Shown: piece after piece, positions 1 through 13,057 of the stretch
How positions within the stretch are numbered: position 1 is the first letter of the stretch
Layout: each line of letters starts with the position of its first letter
DNA from: Octopus sinensis
Taxonomy: Eukaryota
Assembly: GCF_006345805.1 (NCBI RefSeq)
Contig: NC_043015.1
Span: 18,352,001-18,416,000 of the forward strand
Length of the DNA: 64,000 bases
Direction: 5' to 3'
The notes under the pieces: generated by a model
Told to the model about the DNA's origin: nothing
The model's input: only the letters and a program-made list of their open reading frames with translations
Databases searched by the model: none
Program-made: the position numbers and the translations under genes

Positions 1-430
1 GCAAGTATACAGACAGCAATTCTACATGGTAGTGAGTCGTGAGCCTTGAATGTAGAGGACGTTCAAAGGTTAGAGAGGAATGAGGCTAGTATGCTCTGCT
101 GGATGTGTAGTATAAGTGTATATGTTTGTCAGAGTGCTAGTGCATTGAGTGAGAAGTTAGGTATAAGAGGAATTAGATGCAGTGAGCAAGAGAGAAGACT
201 GTGCTGGTTTGGTCATGTGTTGTGGGTGGATGCTGACAGCTTCATAAAGAAGTGCCGATCTCTCAAAGTAGATGGAACACACGATAGTGGGAGACTCAGG
301 AAGACATTGGATGAAGTACTGAAGAATGAATTCAAGATGATGAATTTTTCAGGTGGGATGACAAAGAACTGAGATGCCTTGCAACTTACTGTATTCAAGA
401 AGACTTTTACCTCAACAGCAGAAGCAATAA
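1..430 (+). mobile_element. RTE-type LINE 3' fragment (post-RT region)
   Basis: Track ORF 46-372 (..LERNEASMLCWMC..RRLCWFGHVL..GRLRKTLDEV) is the typical RTE C-terminus; homologous to 35783-36290. Confidence 0.8.
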
Positions 431-682
431 GGTCACTCCCACAGGTGAAGATGATTAGCCTGCCAGAGTCTTGTATCAGTGCTATGTAAAAAACACACAT
501 GCTGGTGCAATGCCATGTAAAAGCACCCAGTGCACTCTATAAAGTGGTTGGTGTTAGGAAGGGCATCCAGCTGTAGAAACCATGCAAAGTCAGATTTGAG
601 CCTGGTGCAGCTCTGCAACTTAGGTCAAACCATCCAACCAGCATGGACAATGAATGTTAAATGATGATGATGATGATGATGA
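430..682 (+). mobile_element. (GAT)n-tailed SINE-like element (family B)
   Basis: ggtgttaggaagggcatccagctgtagaaac core and gcatggac..gttaaatgatgatgat tail. Confidence 0.8.
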
Positions 683-1074
683 TACACACACAGAGTGTAA
701 AAAGGTTGCTTCACAATCATGTTTTTGGGTTCAGTCCCACTGCATAGTACCTTCAGCAACTGTCTTCTACGGTAGCTCTGAGCTGATCAAAGCTCATGAA
801 TGGATTTGGGAGATAAATTAAAAAAAAACTGTTTGTATGTATATATGTGTGTGTGTTGTCTTGACATTGTACGATAGCTTCAAAAGAGTGTCACAGGGAT
901 ATAAATAGTATTATTCTTTTCCAATATTTTGTGAAAACATGTCTGGTGAGAGGGAAAAAATATCTTGCTTGGAATCAAGTGAGGGTTGGCAACAGGAAGG
1001 GCATCCTGCTGTAGAAAATCTTCAATAAACTCTGTCCAGCTCATGCAAGTATGTGCATACACACACACACAAAC

Positions 1075-2040
1075 TACCATCATCACTTACCATTTGCTTT
1101 CCATGGTATGGGATGGACAGTTAGACAAGAAATTGGTGAGCTGCAGTGCTGCTTCAGACTTTTATGTCATCTTTGGCATGGTTTTTATGGCTGGATGCCT
1201 TTCTTAATGCCAACCACTGTACAGAGTGTACTCGGTGCTTTTTATGTGCTACTAGCACAAATGAGGTTGCTATTAAGCTTGCAACACATACAAAAACAGA
1301 GAAAAAGGAAAGGGAAAAAGTCTCACAATGAGGAGGAAGGTAGAGGTGGGGGGTGGAATGCAAAGGTGTGTGGCTTTATGCCAGATGATAAAAGGTTAAA
1401 GTGTGATAGAGGGGCAAGCACAGGTGTCTTGCTATAGAGGAGATAACAGAAAGGTAGTGATGAGGTGCTAGAGCAAACAAGAGGGTAAGCATAAAAAAAG
1501 ATACAGATGAAGGGTCATGGGAGGAGATGAGAGAATGTGTAGATGCTTTCATAAGAGTGTGGGAGGGGAATAAACAGATGGAGAAAGAGGTTAAAGGTTA
1601 ATATGAGTGATGAGCAAGGGCAGGAGTGCAGATGATGGGAAATATCAGTATGGAAAGGGGTAAGATGGGAGACACAGGAATGACCCAAGAAAGAGAATAG
1701 AAAGGAATGTGCAAGGTGTAGGAGCAGTGGAGAGGGAGGGGCTATAGTAGGTGGGTGGGTCATGACGGTAGATATGGGAGGGCATTGAGAATGATAGCAA
1801 GGTAAGAGAGCAGTTTAGAATGGAGTATAGCAGGAGAGAGAGAGAGAACAGTAGCTGAAAGTACAGAAAGGAGGTGGGGGTGATTGGTTGAAATAGTATG
1901 GGTAAGGATGATGAGTTATGTTAAGGATGGGATGGGATGTAATATGTGCTAATTCTTCTCTCAAGAAATTCAGCAATCAAGTAATGTCATAAAAGGAGAG
2001 GAATGAAAATAGGGGGAAGGGAGATAGGACTTCACTTATA
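1075..2040 (-). mobile_element. Family B element with long purine/pyrimidine-skewed 5' body
   Basis: catcatcac tail end at 1075, ctggatgcctttcttaatgccaaccac core, then a GA-rich tract like the reverse complement of 36290-37130. Confidence 0.6.
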
Positions 2041-2149
2041 TGTATAAGAATAACAAAGTGGTTTTAAGACACCATTTTTGTTGTAATGGAGCAGTCTTCT
2101 TAAGCACAGCAAAATGTCAATCATCTTTGGCCATTTGTCATCTCTTCTT

Positions 2150-2530
2150 TAAGGCTCAGCATCCTGAGATCAGCCTTCGTCTCATGTCTTCCTCTTCCAC
2201 AAGTTCCATCTACTTTAAGTGATTGACATTCCTTTATGCAACTGTCCTTATCCATATGCATCACATCTTTTCTAATTCTGTCACAGATTCCGCTATGAGA
2301 GCAAGATCATCAGCATATTGTAGTTCACAAGAGTAAACAGTCTTAAATCCTTCTTATGACCTGGAGAACAATGATGAATGGGAGGGGAAATGAGAACTGA
2401 GCTCTGGTGCATGCCTACCTGCACACTAAATTTGTTACTGTACTCTTATATACTCTTAGTAGTATTTCTACTTAGCACAAAACCAAACTACATCTCATCT
2501 ACTTCGATTCTGTTTCTAATTAATTGGGTT
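2150..2530 (-). mobile_element. Decayed RTE RT fragment
   Basis: - strand remnants of QVGMHQxSVLS and YADDLALIAESVTELEK with frameshifts. Confidence 0.7.
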
Positions 2531-2599
2531 CTAACATTCTCTATAACTTTCATGACTTGGTCCAGCAGTTTATTTATATAATACACACACACAAACAAA

Positions 2600-3180
2600 T
2601 ATCAGCTTGCTTCCCAATTACATGGTTCTAGGTTCAGTCCCACTGCATGAAACCTTGGGCAAGTGTCTTCTACTATAGCCTTGGGCTGACCAAAGCCTTG
2701 TGAGTGGATTTGGTAGACGAAAACTGAAAAGAAGCCTGTCGTGTGTATGTCCCAACCATTGTTTGACAACTGATGTTGTTGTTTACATCCCTGTAACTTA
2801 GTGGTTCGGCAAAAGAGACCGATAGAATAAGTACTGGGTTTACAAATAAATAAGTCCTGGGGTCGATTTCTTCAACTACAAGGCGGTGCTCCAGCAAATG
2901 TCTTCTACTATAGCCTCGGGCCGACCAAAGCCTTGCAATTGGATTTGGTAAACAGAAACTAAAAAGAAGCCTGTCATATGTATGTATGCTTGCATGTAAG
3001 TGTGTGCGTGTCCAACCATCACTTGACAACCAATGTTGGTGTGTTTACATTTCCATAACTTATTGGCTCGGCAAAAGAGACCGATAGAATAAGTACTGGG
3101 TTTACAAAGTCCTGGGGTTGACTGCTTTGACTGTAAGATGGTGCTCCAGCATGGCCAGCCAAATGACTTAAACAAGTAAA
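2600..3180 (+). mobile_element. tRNA-head SINE family A, two nested/tandem copies
   Basis: ggttcagtcccactg..ttgggcaagtgtcttctactatagcc..gaccaaagccttgtgagtggatttggtagacg..; body duplicated at 2890-3180. Confidence 0.85.
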
Positions 3181-3825
3181 GGAATAAAGAACATTCACAC
3201 ATACATTTACACACACACATTTGAGGCACTTACCTGTCTGTACAAAAAGGTTTTCTATCTACCCTATATAATTTCTGAAGGCATTACATTAGGAATCTTA
3301 ATATAAGACTTAAGTCACATCATTTCACCTTTGTACAAAAGTGAATGCACAGGCCAGGAGCTCGTGCCTTTTGTAAAAAATTCACTTTTCATGGTGTCGT
3401 TTAACTAAAGGTCAGTTCTGATTGGAGACATGATCAATGACATTTCATCTTGTTTTCTTCAGTTATAGCATATTTAAAGCTATATTACCCAATATATTTT
3501 TCTTTCAGATTAGGCATAATTTGATAAAGATTTGCCTGCTATTTTTAGCAGTTTGAATGACCACATAGAAGCTCCCTCATGAATTTGTTGTTGCTAATAA
3601 CAATGCTAGTGTCACTGGTTTCAATTCATGCTGATATTTTCATCATTGTTGGTATACTTGTTTGTGACATTGTTATGCTCTTTTTTTTTTGTTGTTACTC
3701 CAGTTGCTGCTGCTACTAGTGATGCAGTGAGATATGTAAAACTGTTACACACACTCTGTAAGCACCTATGATTTAACTACTTGTGAACTTGGAAGTCAGA
3801 CAGTTACTGTATCATATAGGGAGGG

Positions 3826-3891
3826 TCAAGTTTTTAACAGATCATGTTGGTTCTTCCTGTCTTTGTTAATATAGAAGAGTTGTGGATGAAC
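3826..3891 (-). CDS. Candidate terminal exon D (VHPQLFYINKDRKNQHDLLKT*)
   Basis: aacctttcag acceptor, phase 0 matches the exon C donor, TGA at 3828-3826. Confidence 0.4.
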   Translation of the reverse strand, partial: VHPQLFYINKDRKNQHDLLKT

Positions 3892-4428
3892 CTGAAAGGT
3901 TTGGAACCATGCCTTTCTTTCTAAATGAAGTCCTCAATGACTGCTTGTATCATTTAATCTAAAAGTGAGGATGTGAACAGTAGTCATGACCTTATTTTAT
4001 GATGGCTGAATTAGTAAAAACTAAATTTCCAAGTTTTTGTTTGTAAACATACAGTAGAGAAGGTACTTGTCTTTGCATTGAGGAATTTTATAGCATATTT
4101 CCTCCAGTCTTGCCTATAAATACAAAAAAAATTCCAATTTTCATAAAAAATACTGGTAACCCAAAGTATTGTAGCTCCATAAAAATAAGAAACAAAAATT
4201 TATTGCACAAGAACACCAAAGAGGGATCTAAAAAATGTTGAAAAGTGGAAACAAAATGTAAAGCATCTACTTTACATCAAGTGGAATAACATAAAAATAC
4301 TAGATTATAAATATTACAAGTGAAATAGTATAAAGTTTTGGAGGAGAGGACCATAAATTACACTGACTCCAATGCTTGACTAATACTCTATGTTACTGAC
4401 TCAAGAAGGTTGAAAGAAAAAAGTTGAC

Positions 4429-4499
4429 CTTGGTGAGATTCAAGTTTAGTTTATGAAGAGTTAAAATACCACAAAGTATTTCTTCTGACACTAACAATT
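4429..4499 (-). CDS. Candidate exon C (LLVSEEILCGILTLHKLNLNLTK)
   Basis: tttcctatttgcag acceptor 133 nt below exon B, phase 1 start. Donor AAG|gtcaac is weak; read-through gives VNFFLSTFLSQ* ending at 4393. Confidence 0.55.
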
Positions 4500-4632
4500 C
4501 TGCAAATAGGAAAGGTGGAGAACAAAAGACTGCAATATATGTTGTCATCATCACCACACAGAGTAACCCATGGATAATCACTGCTCTATCTATAATTACC
4601 TCTTTGCAATGAATGTAAGTATGAATACTTAC

Positions 4633-4758
4633 TGCCATGTATTCTACTGTGATACAAGTGCTTGACTACACTTGAGATAGCTGTCTTTATTTGCTTCAAG
4701 TCTGAAGCACTATCAGTGATACATGCTAAAGAAAAGTCTATACCACGTGAAGTATAGT
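4633..4758 (-). CDS. Candidate exon B (YTSRGIDFSLACITDSASDLKQIKTAISSVVKHLYHSRIHG-K)
   Basis: ccattttag acceptor, perfect A|gtaagt donor, 126 nt, phase 1 to 1. Lies within track ORF 4586-4777. Confidence 0.6.
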
Positions 4759-5039
4759 CTAAAATGGATCCCATCAAAATTTAACTGGTCCTCCTATAAT
4801 TCTCCAGGTCATAACAGAAAAGTTTAAGAGCAGCTATGTATGGGAACTTCTGTGAACTGAACAAGTTCTTATAGTTGAATCTGTAGATATACAGAATAAA
4901 TTCCAGACATAGAAGCAAAACCAAGAATTTATTGAGGCAAAGTTTTCTACAGCTAAATGCCCATCCTGTCATCAACTCTCACCTGTTTCCAAGCAAGGAA
5001 AAATTTGCTTATGGGTTTTTGACATGACTGGAAACAAAC

Positions 5040-5420
5040 AATATAACTTGTATGATGATAACATTCATTTACAACCATCACATGATGTCAAGACAAGGGT
5101 ACACATGTACACACATTTCATCTCAAATTGTTTCAGTCATCAGACTGTGGCTGAAATGGGGTATCACCTTGATATTTCTAGTCAAATGAATTGATCCCAG
5201 TACTTTGGTCTCTTACACTGAAATGCCAAATTACAGGGATGTAAACAAAGCACACCAGTTGTCAAGTGGGATTGGGCAAACATACACGACAAACTTCTTT
5301 CAGTTTGGCTACCAAATTCACTCACAAGCTTTGGTCAGCCTGGAGCTATAGAAGATACCTGCTCCAGGTGCTACACAATTGGACTGAGTCTGGAACCATA
5401 TGGTTGGGAAAGACCAAGTG
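5040..5420 (-). mobile_element. SINE family A, degenerate
   Basis: Reverse complement of the family A body (ccaaattcactcacaagctttggtcagcc). Confidence 0.7.
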
Positions 5421-6120
5421 TAAATGAGCTAAGGTAATTTTATTCTCTACCAGCTTTTATCAACTATACATTACCTTTAACACTATCATTAGTTTCAGAT
5501 CAACCTTGATCAAGATCTACAATCACAAAATTTCAGTCATGACTGTTTCCCCCTTCTCCCAGATACAGGATATCTAAGACTACATATGCAATGTGTCCTC
5601 CTTTATTGAGATAGTAGTGTATGGTATAAAGATCTGGTTAGTATTTCTAGCAGGCAAAGTAATCATATAGAGACTCAGTTGAAGGAAAGCAAGCCATGTT
5701 GGTCCTGAGTCCATCTTGACAGATGATGACGTGTCCCTAGTTTATATGACCATATTTATGGATTTTCACCCAGAAATACAATCAAAGTCAGAGGATTGTC
5801 AGTTCTAGTGAACTGCTTGGATTCCATTTAGTGGTGTGTCATTTTTAAGTTCAGAGTTGTAGTGAGGTTAGCAGTTCTTCCACTAGTAGATCAATAAAAT
5901 TGATTTGATAGAGCAGGGAGTGAAAGAGCTCTGTTCAATGATTCAAGTATATTACTCTTATCCATTGATCAAGATTTTTGTCTATCAGAAGAATGTACAG
6001 AGACAGATACAGGTTGCAAAGATCCATAAATGGTTTTGAACAGAAAAAACCTGTGAGTTTGTTTCCATCTGCATATTTCTGTAGTTTCTACCTTCCATTT
6101 TTTTTTTCTTTCTGACTTAC

Positions 6121-6187
6121 GTTTCCAATAGTTGAAGATTTCACTGAATTTCTGTTCACTGTTGATGCTATAATTGTAAAAATCTGT
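6121..6187 (-). CDS. Candidate exon A of unidentified - strand gene (TDFYNYSINSEQKFSEIFNYWK-H)
   Basis: ccttcttcag acceptor, perfect C|gtaagt donor, 67 nt, phase 0 to 1, joins exon B in frame. Confidence 0.5.
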
Positions 6188-6979
6188 CTGAAGAAGGATT
6201 CACCAGATGAACCCTAGGAGATTTACTTTTCTCTGTTGGCAGTAGAAGGACTGGTCTTTAAATTCTTTAAGATCAACTTTTTACTCAAACACAGGGCTCA
6301 AAAAAACTGCCTGCAACTTATCTGTTGCATCTTGCTCTGAGTTTTAAATTCAAAGCATGTACTAACATGCATATGTATACGTACACAAACACACATATAT
6401 AAACATAATATATATATATACACACACACATCTTCACCTTTTTGATGCGACTCTTCTCTATTGTTTTCTTCCTCCATCCTTTTTCACCCCTCCCTCCTTC
6501 ACTGATTTTTATCTCTCTCTCTCCCTCTCATTGCTCACATGGGACCATTGTCCATCTTTCTTTTCCTGCACGGACCCTTTTTTTTCTCTTTTCAAAAAAA
6601 TGTTTCTCACAGCGTTCACTATTTTCCTCTCATTCTGGTCTACTGACCCCCCATGTTTGTTTCCATTCAGTTTCCTTGTATGTCTCCATTGGCATGTTTT
6701 TGTTCCCAACTTCGATCCTTTATAAATCCTAAATTTTATTTTAGGATTTATGGGAGAAACTGTCTTTAAAGACTCATTGTCATTGAATGCTTGAAATGCT
6801 GAGTAAAGAGACAGCTGACAACTGATGAAGGGTCCTTTCTCTGTGTTTACTTGTCCCATTTTCCATTTTTTCTCGTTTATGTATTTCATGTTTGAACCGG
6901 TAGTGACGTCCTGTACCTATATATGCATGTGTGTGTGTGTGTGTGTGTATGTATATATATATATGCATACATACACACA

Positions 6980-7400
6980 TATATCATTATCATTGTTTAA
7001 TGTCCATTTTCCAGGGTCCAATCTGATCTGGCAATATATCAACAGCTGGATGCCCTTCCTAACCCCAACCACTCCAAAAGTGTAGTGGGTACTCATATAT
7101 ATCTATATATATATTATTTATCATATATATTATCATCACCATCATCATCGTTTAACGTCCGTTTTCCGTGCTAGTACGGGTTGGACAGTTCAACCAGGGT
7201 CTGGGAAGCCATGAAGCTGCACCAGACTCCAGTCTGATCTGGCAGTGTTTCTACAGCTGGATGCCCTTCCTAATGCCAACCACTCCGTGAGTGTGTTGGG
7301 TGCTTTTTACGTGCCACTGGCACAGGTACCAGGGGAGGCTGGCAGTGGCCACGATCGGTTGGTGCTTTTTACTTACCACCGGCACAGAAGCCAGATGGGC
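6980..7400 (-). mobile_element. Family B SINE, two adjacent copies (6980-7090 and 7135-7400)
   Basis: catcatcatcgtttaacgtccgttttcc start; 7135-7400 nearly identical to 40135-40380. Confidence 0.85.
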
Positions 7401-10400
7401 TTCTTTCAGTTTCCATGTACCAAATATTATTGCAAGACTGGTCAACATGGAGCTATAGAAGACATTTGCTCAAGGAGGCACACAGTGGAAATGAATCTGA
7501 TTGGGAAGCACACTTTTTAACTACATAGCCATATCTTGTTGACAAAAATTCAGTGAGAGCAATCCATTGTCCAAAACTCCAAATTCAGTTTGTCTTTGAC
7601 ACTTTAGTGCTTAGAACTAGCCAAAGGCAGTTAATTTCTTTTCACATCTAAATTTAAGCTGAGTTGTCTCACATTCTCATCTGATGTAGATAGTAAATAC
7701 AAGATTCTCACCATATTTCTCTAATTTTTGAAAATTCCATACATATTCCAAAGTTTATTGTTAAAGGTAAATCTAGTAGTGAGTTAACAACCATTATTAA
7801 CAAGAATAAGGTTCAAATGGATTCAAAGTCTTTGGAGATGAGACAGTGTCACTAATGCATATTAGTAATAGTTCATTATTATCACTCTCCTCATAATTGC
7901 ATTTCTTTATTATTAATAATTTTTTGAGATCAGAAAAAAACAATGTTAGGGAGAAGCAATACAATATATTGTATGTGTCTGTACGCTATATGAGATGTTA
8001 TGTGTGTATCTATGTGCATGTGATTCCATATGAATATGTGTGTGTGTGTGTGTGTGTAGATGTGTACATGTATCATTAATGGGTGCAGTTACATCAGTTA
8101 TTTTTCCTAAGGTATTGTACATAAACATTCATGTGCTGTCAGTATTTGCATTCTGAGTTTATTTCCTATTGTCAAATTCTTTCAAGTGATCCAAAATTGA
8201 TCAGTGCTATACTGAAGCCAGGTATAGTTCCTATTCTCTTATACTGCACATTGTAGGAAGTGTAGGCACCAACATGATCATCGACGACAAAGGTAAACCT
8301 TTTCTGCCTAATTTGATAATTTGATGTCTAAAATGGGGCAAAATGAGGAATAACTAATTTCAATAATTTCTCTTTAACTGCATGGTGTGTGAATATATCG
8401 GGAGGAGAACCACTCCAGCAGATCCTGAAGCAGCTATAGACAATATCTTATGTTGAGTTTCGTTAATTTCATATCATGTGTCATTTTTTTCATGAGCCTC
8501 TTTCATTTAACCTAGAAATTAAAAATTTTGGTTGTATTTCTGATCTTACTGATATCCAAGTATGGATATTGATGTATATGAGTCTTTTTTCAAATGTAAT
8601 TCTGAAGAACTGAAGGGCAAATTTACCTTATCTTGTCTTACTCATTTTGCCCCATTTAAACTCGTGTTTGATGCTCAAACAGAACGGTGAGAATTAGTGT
8701 CTTTAATGCATTTAGAGAAGGTCATTTGATTAGCTTATATAGTTTTTGTAAGATACTGGACATTTATAAGAAAAATATTTTTTTTCTCAAAGTTGAAAAT
8801 GCAGTAAATATTCCTCATTATGCCCCGCCTTAAAAGCACTGCTAATTATTCCTTTCTTCATCATTCCAGTTTGTTGGAATCAGAAGTTATCGCTGCACAG
8901 AAACTTATTCGCTATTGTAATTCAGAGATTATGAATAACGGGAATATTTCCATTCATTGACAATTTAACACAACTGCAAACTTAACAAAATAAGACAACA
9001 ATATCTTTATAAATTCAATTTTAAATTAAAACTATAAAAAAAAAAATTACATAAGATATTCCAAGAATCTTGTTGAATGCTTAAAACTGAAACTTGAACT
9101 GATAACGGTCAACAGACTAAAATACCTACCTGTACAATAATTTTTATCTACCTCAGAGAATTAACCACATTAAATATAAGATAATATTGTCGGAGATTAA
9201 GGTGTCGGACTTCCAGCTCATATACTAAGTAAATGCAGGTGTTCTTGTCTCATTTGGATACATAATTCTGTTTCAATTCACTGTTCTTTTGAGAATAGTA
9301 TCGTATTTAGATGGAGCTTCTTCGGTTTACCCAGTTTTTATCGCTACACGCTGCTATACCTATTGGATTTTAAACAGAACTTCATCATTCATTCATTTAG
9401 ACTAATAAAATCACAATAAAAAAAAAAAAATACACCCTAGAGTTTATACTAGTGGTTATTGTTATTATTTAGCTAAAGTCAGACTGAGAAAGACACAAAC
9501 GCATTCCAACCAGAACCACCGTACTTTAAGTGGTATCAAGGAATACATTATCCATGGTGTCCTTTCCTTTCTCAAGATGGTTTGCTGTGATTTGAAAATT
9601 TGGTTGCTATTTTTAGCAAGTCGAGAGACTGCGTAGAGGCTCCCATGTTGGCTTCAGTATATTCGTGGTAGACAGATAATAAAGCATTGAATGAAATGTG
9701 AGAGATCTACTAGCTGAACTCACTTTCAAAGATTAAAAATTTGTTCTTGAAGGCAAGTCAAACGAGATAGCTCATATTTTCCGTAGCAAAACCTATCAAC
9801 AATGATTTATTCATTCATCAAATAAAATTTGCCCGTCTGTGCGGAACATGGATTTGTTTTCCTAGGCTGTGTAATTTTAGGACAATAAATGTTTATTTCA
9901 ATTATATTTTATAAATAACTATAAGTAGGTATAAGACCGGTTCTGTAAAGAAAAAATAGTCGACTAATTTAACTTTAATATACTGGAACTCATTTAATCG
10001 GTTTAAGCCTGGCAAAATCAACCGCGAACGATTCTTATAGTGAGCATTATCAATAACCCGGCTCTCTTCATTGCCGTCATTGTCCGTATAAACATAACAA
10101 GGAGAAAAGAAAAAAGAGAGGAGGCAGAATGAATGAAAATAATTAAGAGCTTTGTGGGAAATGAGAACATTTATAAATTTACAATTTCAATGTTTAGATG
10201 ATGTTTTTTTAAAGTAAAATATTTTGGAAATAGTATTACAAAATACCTATGAGAGGTATGTACCACTTTTCGTAGGAGCTTAGAATGTTTATAGGAAACA
10301 TTAAAAGGGGGAACTACCAAACACGAAAATGACATGGGAATATTTCAAAAGTTATAATTATATCAGGTATTGGATACAAATAGAGAAAAATTATCACAAA

Positions 10401-10717
10401 AATTGAAGAGCAACTGTTAAAAGACAACCGTTAGACAAGACAATAATCCTTTTACAATAGGGACGAAAATGGCATAAGGAATGATGAAAACCAAGGAATT
10501 TGGCAGACGCATTGTTAGAATAAATATAATATTTAAGGACGCTTCTGGGAAATAAAGAAACATTGAAAAGACAATTTTGCTCGATTAGCCTACTGCTACT
10601 CGATTATTCCCATTGTTGGGATTACACCTAAACGATTACAAGCTTCCATGAAGGACGAAGTAATGTAAGAAATATATATTAAATACAGAAGTGAAAGTAA
10701 TATCTAAGATCTCTTAC

Positions 10718-10871
10718 CTTGCTAGGAGGTATGGCCAGAATGATTTAATATAGAATGTTATTCAGTTGAGTGAAATAGGTTTAAAGCTGTGAGAATTATC
10801 TCCTTTTACTTTCAACGAAGTGGCAGAAGAGAGCAAAGAGTGTGTTAAGGGGGACAACAACGGGAAACCGA
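10718..10871. promoter_or_regulatory. Candidate bidirectional promoter / paired non-coding first exons
   Basis: Outward-facing donors CAAG|gtaaga (-, exon ends 10718) and CCGA|gtaagt (+, exon ends 10871) inside a CpG-retaining region (~8.8-11.9 kb). ASCC1 needs an upstream UTR exon. Confidence 0.45.
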
Positions 10872-13057
10872 GTAAGTAAAATGACATAACGGGACGCACT
10901 GACTATTTCATGAAAACTACGTTTTCAAATCGAAATGTCTTAAAGCTCAAAAATTACTCAACTGAATAATAATAGTAATAAACAAGGATTTTCCTGACAC
11001 CTTATTTGAGAAATATGTAACACGAATGGCCAATACGCGTGCGCTGAATTGGCGGAACTGAATATAATCCGCGGCTACCTGCTTGCTCAGTAAAACGTGA
11101 TTATTTAAAGCGAGAATATTTTTGTTTGACATAAGTACATTGATGTGTATACTTAACATATTGCTACACCAAATATTTCCACTCTTATTATTATTAACAA
11201 TTTTGCTTTTTAACTGCATAATAATTTCTGTTAATTTTCCTGATCTTGAAAAATATTTATCTTTCAAATAGATTAAATTAGCTTTCCGGAAATTTTAAAT
11301 GAATACTTTTTATTCCATGTTACTTGGAATAGATGTTTGTTTAAATATAAAACTGAACCAATGGGGCTAATAATAAGTTAGACATGCTATTGTTTTCTTC
11401 GTATGTTTGTTAATTACAGTCGTTAGAAATTTACCCCCTCCCCAATAATGAATTTAATTATCGTTAAAGCAATAAATCTTTGCAAACCATTCTAAATTCA
11501 ATTTTGGTGTGTTCTCTCGGATTAGGAATTTGTAATTGATTTCTATTATAAGGTTAATGAAATGTAATAGAAAATTTCAGATTCTGAGGATATTTTAAAA
11601 AGTATATTTTGACTGGAAAACAAAAGTTCGCCTATGATAGTATATAGTTTGTTGGTAAATTAACGTTAAAAGAAGTAGCCAAGGACTTGTAGTTGGGGTG
11701 GGGAAGACTAATGCACTTTTAATTTACTGTAATTTTAAATCGATTTCTTATGTAAACTTGTTTGGTTTACATACATTTCTTAATTCACCTTTTAACAAAA
11801 TAACCATATAAACGCGCCCAGTATTAAAAAAGAAGAGAAAATGCCACAAGGTGGAGAAAATGGAGTAATTTCAAAACTTATCTTACTGTTTACCATTATT
11901 TCTAGTTACAATAAGTTTATGATAGCTTATTTGAAATTTTGTTTTTCCATTTTGTTTATCTAACAATCAGGGAAATCTAAATGTATGGTATACTGTTATA
12001 ATCAAAATAGTGCAGAGAATTGCTGATCCAAATCATCAGTGGGTGATCAGTCCTGTTGACTTCGATGGGAGCACGAAATAGGATAGAATAGCCATTTCTC
12101 AAAGCTGTTAGCATAAGCAAAAGTAGCTGCAACAATGGCTCAAAACTGGATTTCGGGTACTGAGGATTTAAACACATTTCAGCCATTTTCTTGCTACTCA
12201 GCAGATTCGACATGCTAATTAAATGTTTGATATCAGAAATTGAAACTTGATCAAAGAGGTTTTCAACAGAATGTATGGTGCAGCCTACTGATGTTTTCCT
12301 TTCTTTGAAGAAGAGCAATTATCCAAAACATTTGACATCTTTTCTTTCTGACAATATGAAATATACTCTTTTGTGTTGTTAGAAGTCTGTTTAGTTCACT
12401 TGACTATATCTCCTTTAGAAAGGAGTAGTGGGAAAATTAGAAAAGTAATTAAGTAGATTTATTTACATGTATAGAGGTCTGTTCATGTTGTCATTTCGAA
12501 ACATTTATGTAAGTATATGGATAGTGTAGAAGACCAATTTGATAGTGCTTGACAACCTACTGAGATGTATCCTGCCATTTGCTTGATTTGTGTTTGTTCA
12601 CATTATATTCTGTCTATAAATATGTATGACGGTGGTGAAAATATAGCAATTTAAGTAGTGGCAAGAATGTAAAATTGACAAAAAGAAAGAAAAATTGGCC
12701 AATATTGCCATTTAAATAAATTTTGGTGTTTCTGTGGACCTAGAAAAGACAAAATATCAACCCTCAAAACCTTTTTCATTTTAAACCTCTGTCTAAGTGT
12801 TTTAGGATATCTTTCAGAAGGATATTAATGTTTTAAATTAATGATGGAAACTAGAATACAATAATTTTGAATCAGTTTTCAAAATATTCTTGATTAGGTT
12901 GTAATTTCAATATTTAGAGAAGTAGTTTGCAAGGTTTTAGACAAAATAATTATGGTATTTAGCTGCTCAGTATATCAATAAATTTTCCTCACTACATTAT
13001 TTAATGTTTAAGTAATGTTTGAACATTATTTAATGTTCAAACTAGCTTTTTCTATGA

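Noticed and set aside
4781-4975. ORF in frame with exon B across a TAA, suggesting read-through or a pseudogene
   Set aside because: A good acceptor at 4759-4760 lies downstream of the stop, so the upstream part is intron; its start is in a SINE remnant.
6442-6889. Overlapping 96-126 aa ORFs on both strands
   Set aside because: Purine/pyrimidine-skewed low complexity; the candidate donor at 6431 closes a frame with internal stops; does not join the exon chain.
3826-10718. ANAPC16 as the head-to-head neighbour, as in the human ASCC1 locus
   Set aside because: The inferred - strand peptide shows no resemblance to ANAPC16 as I recall it, and I found no ANAPC16-like exon.
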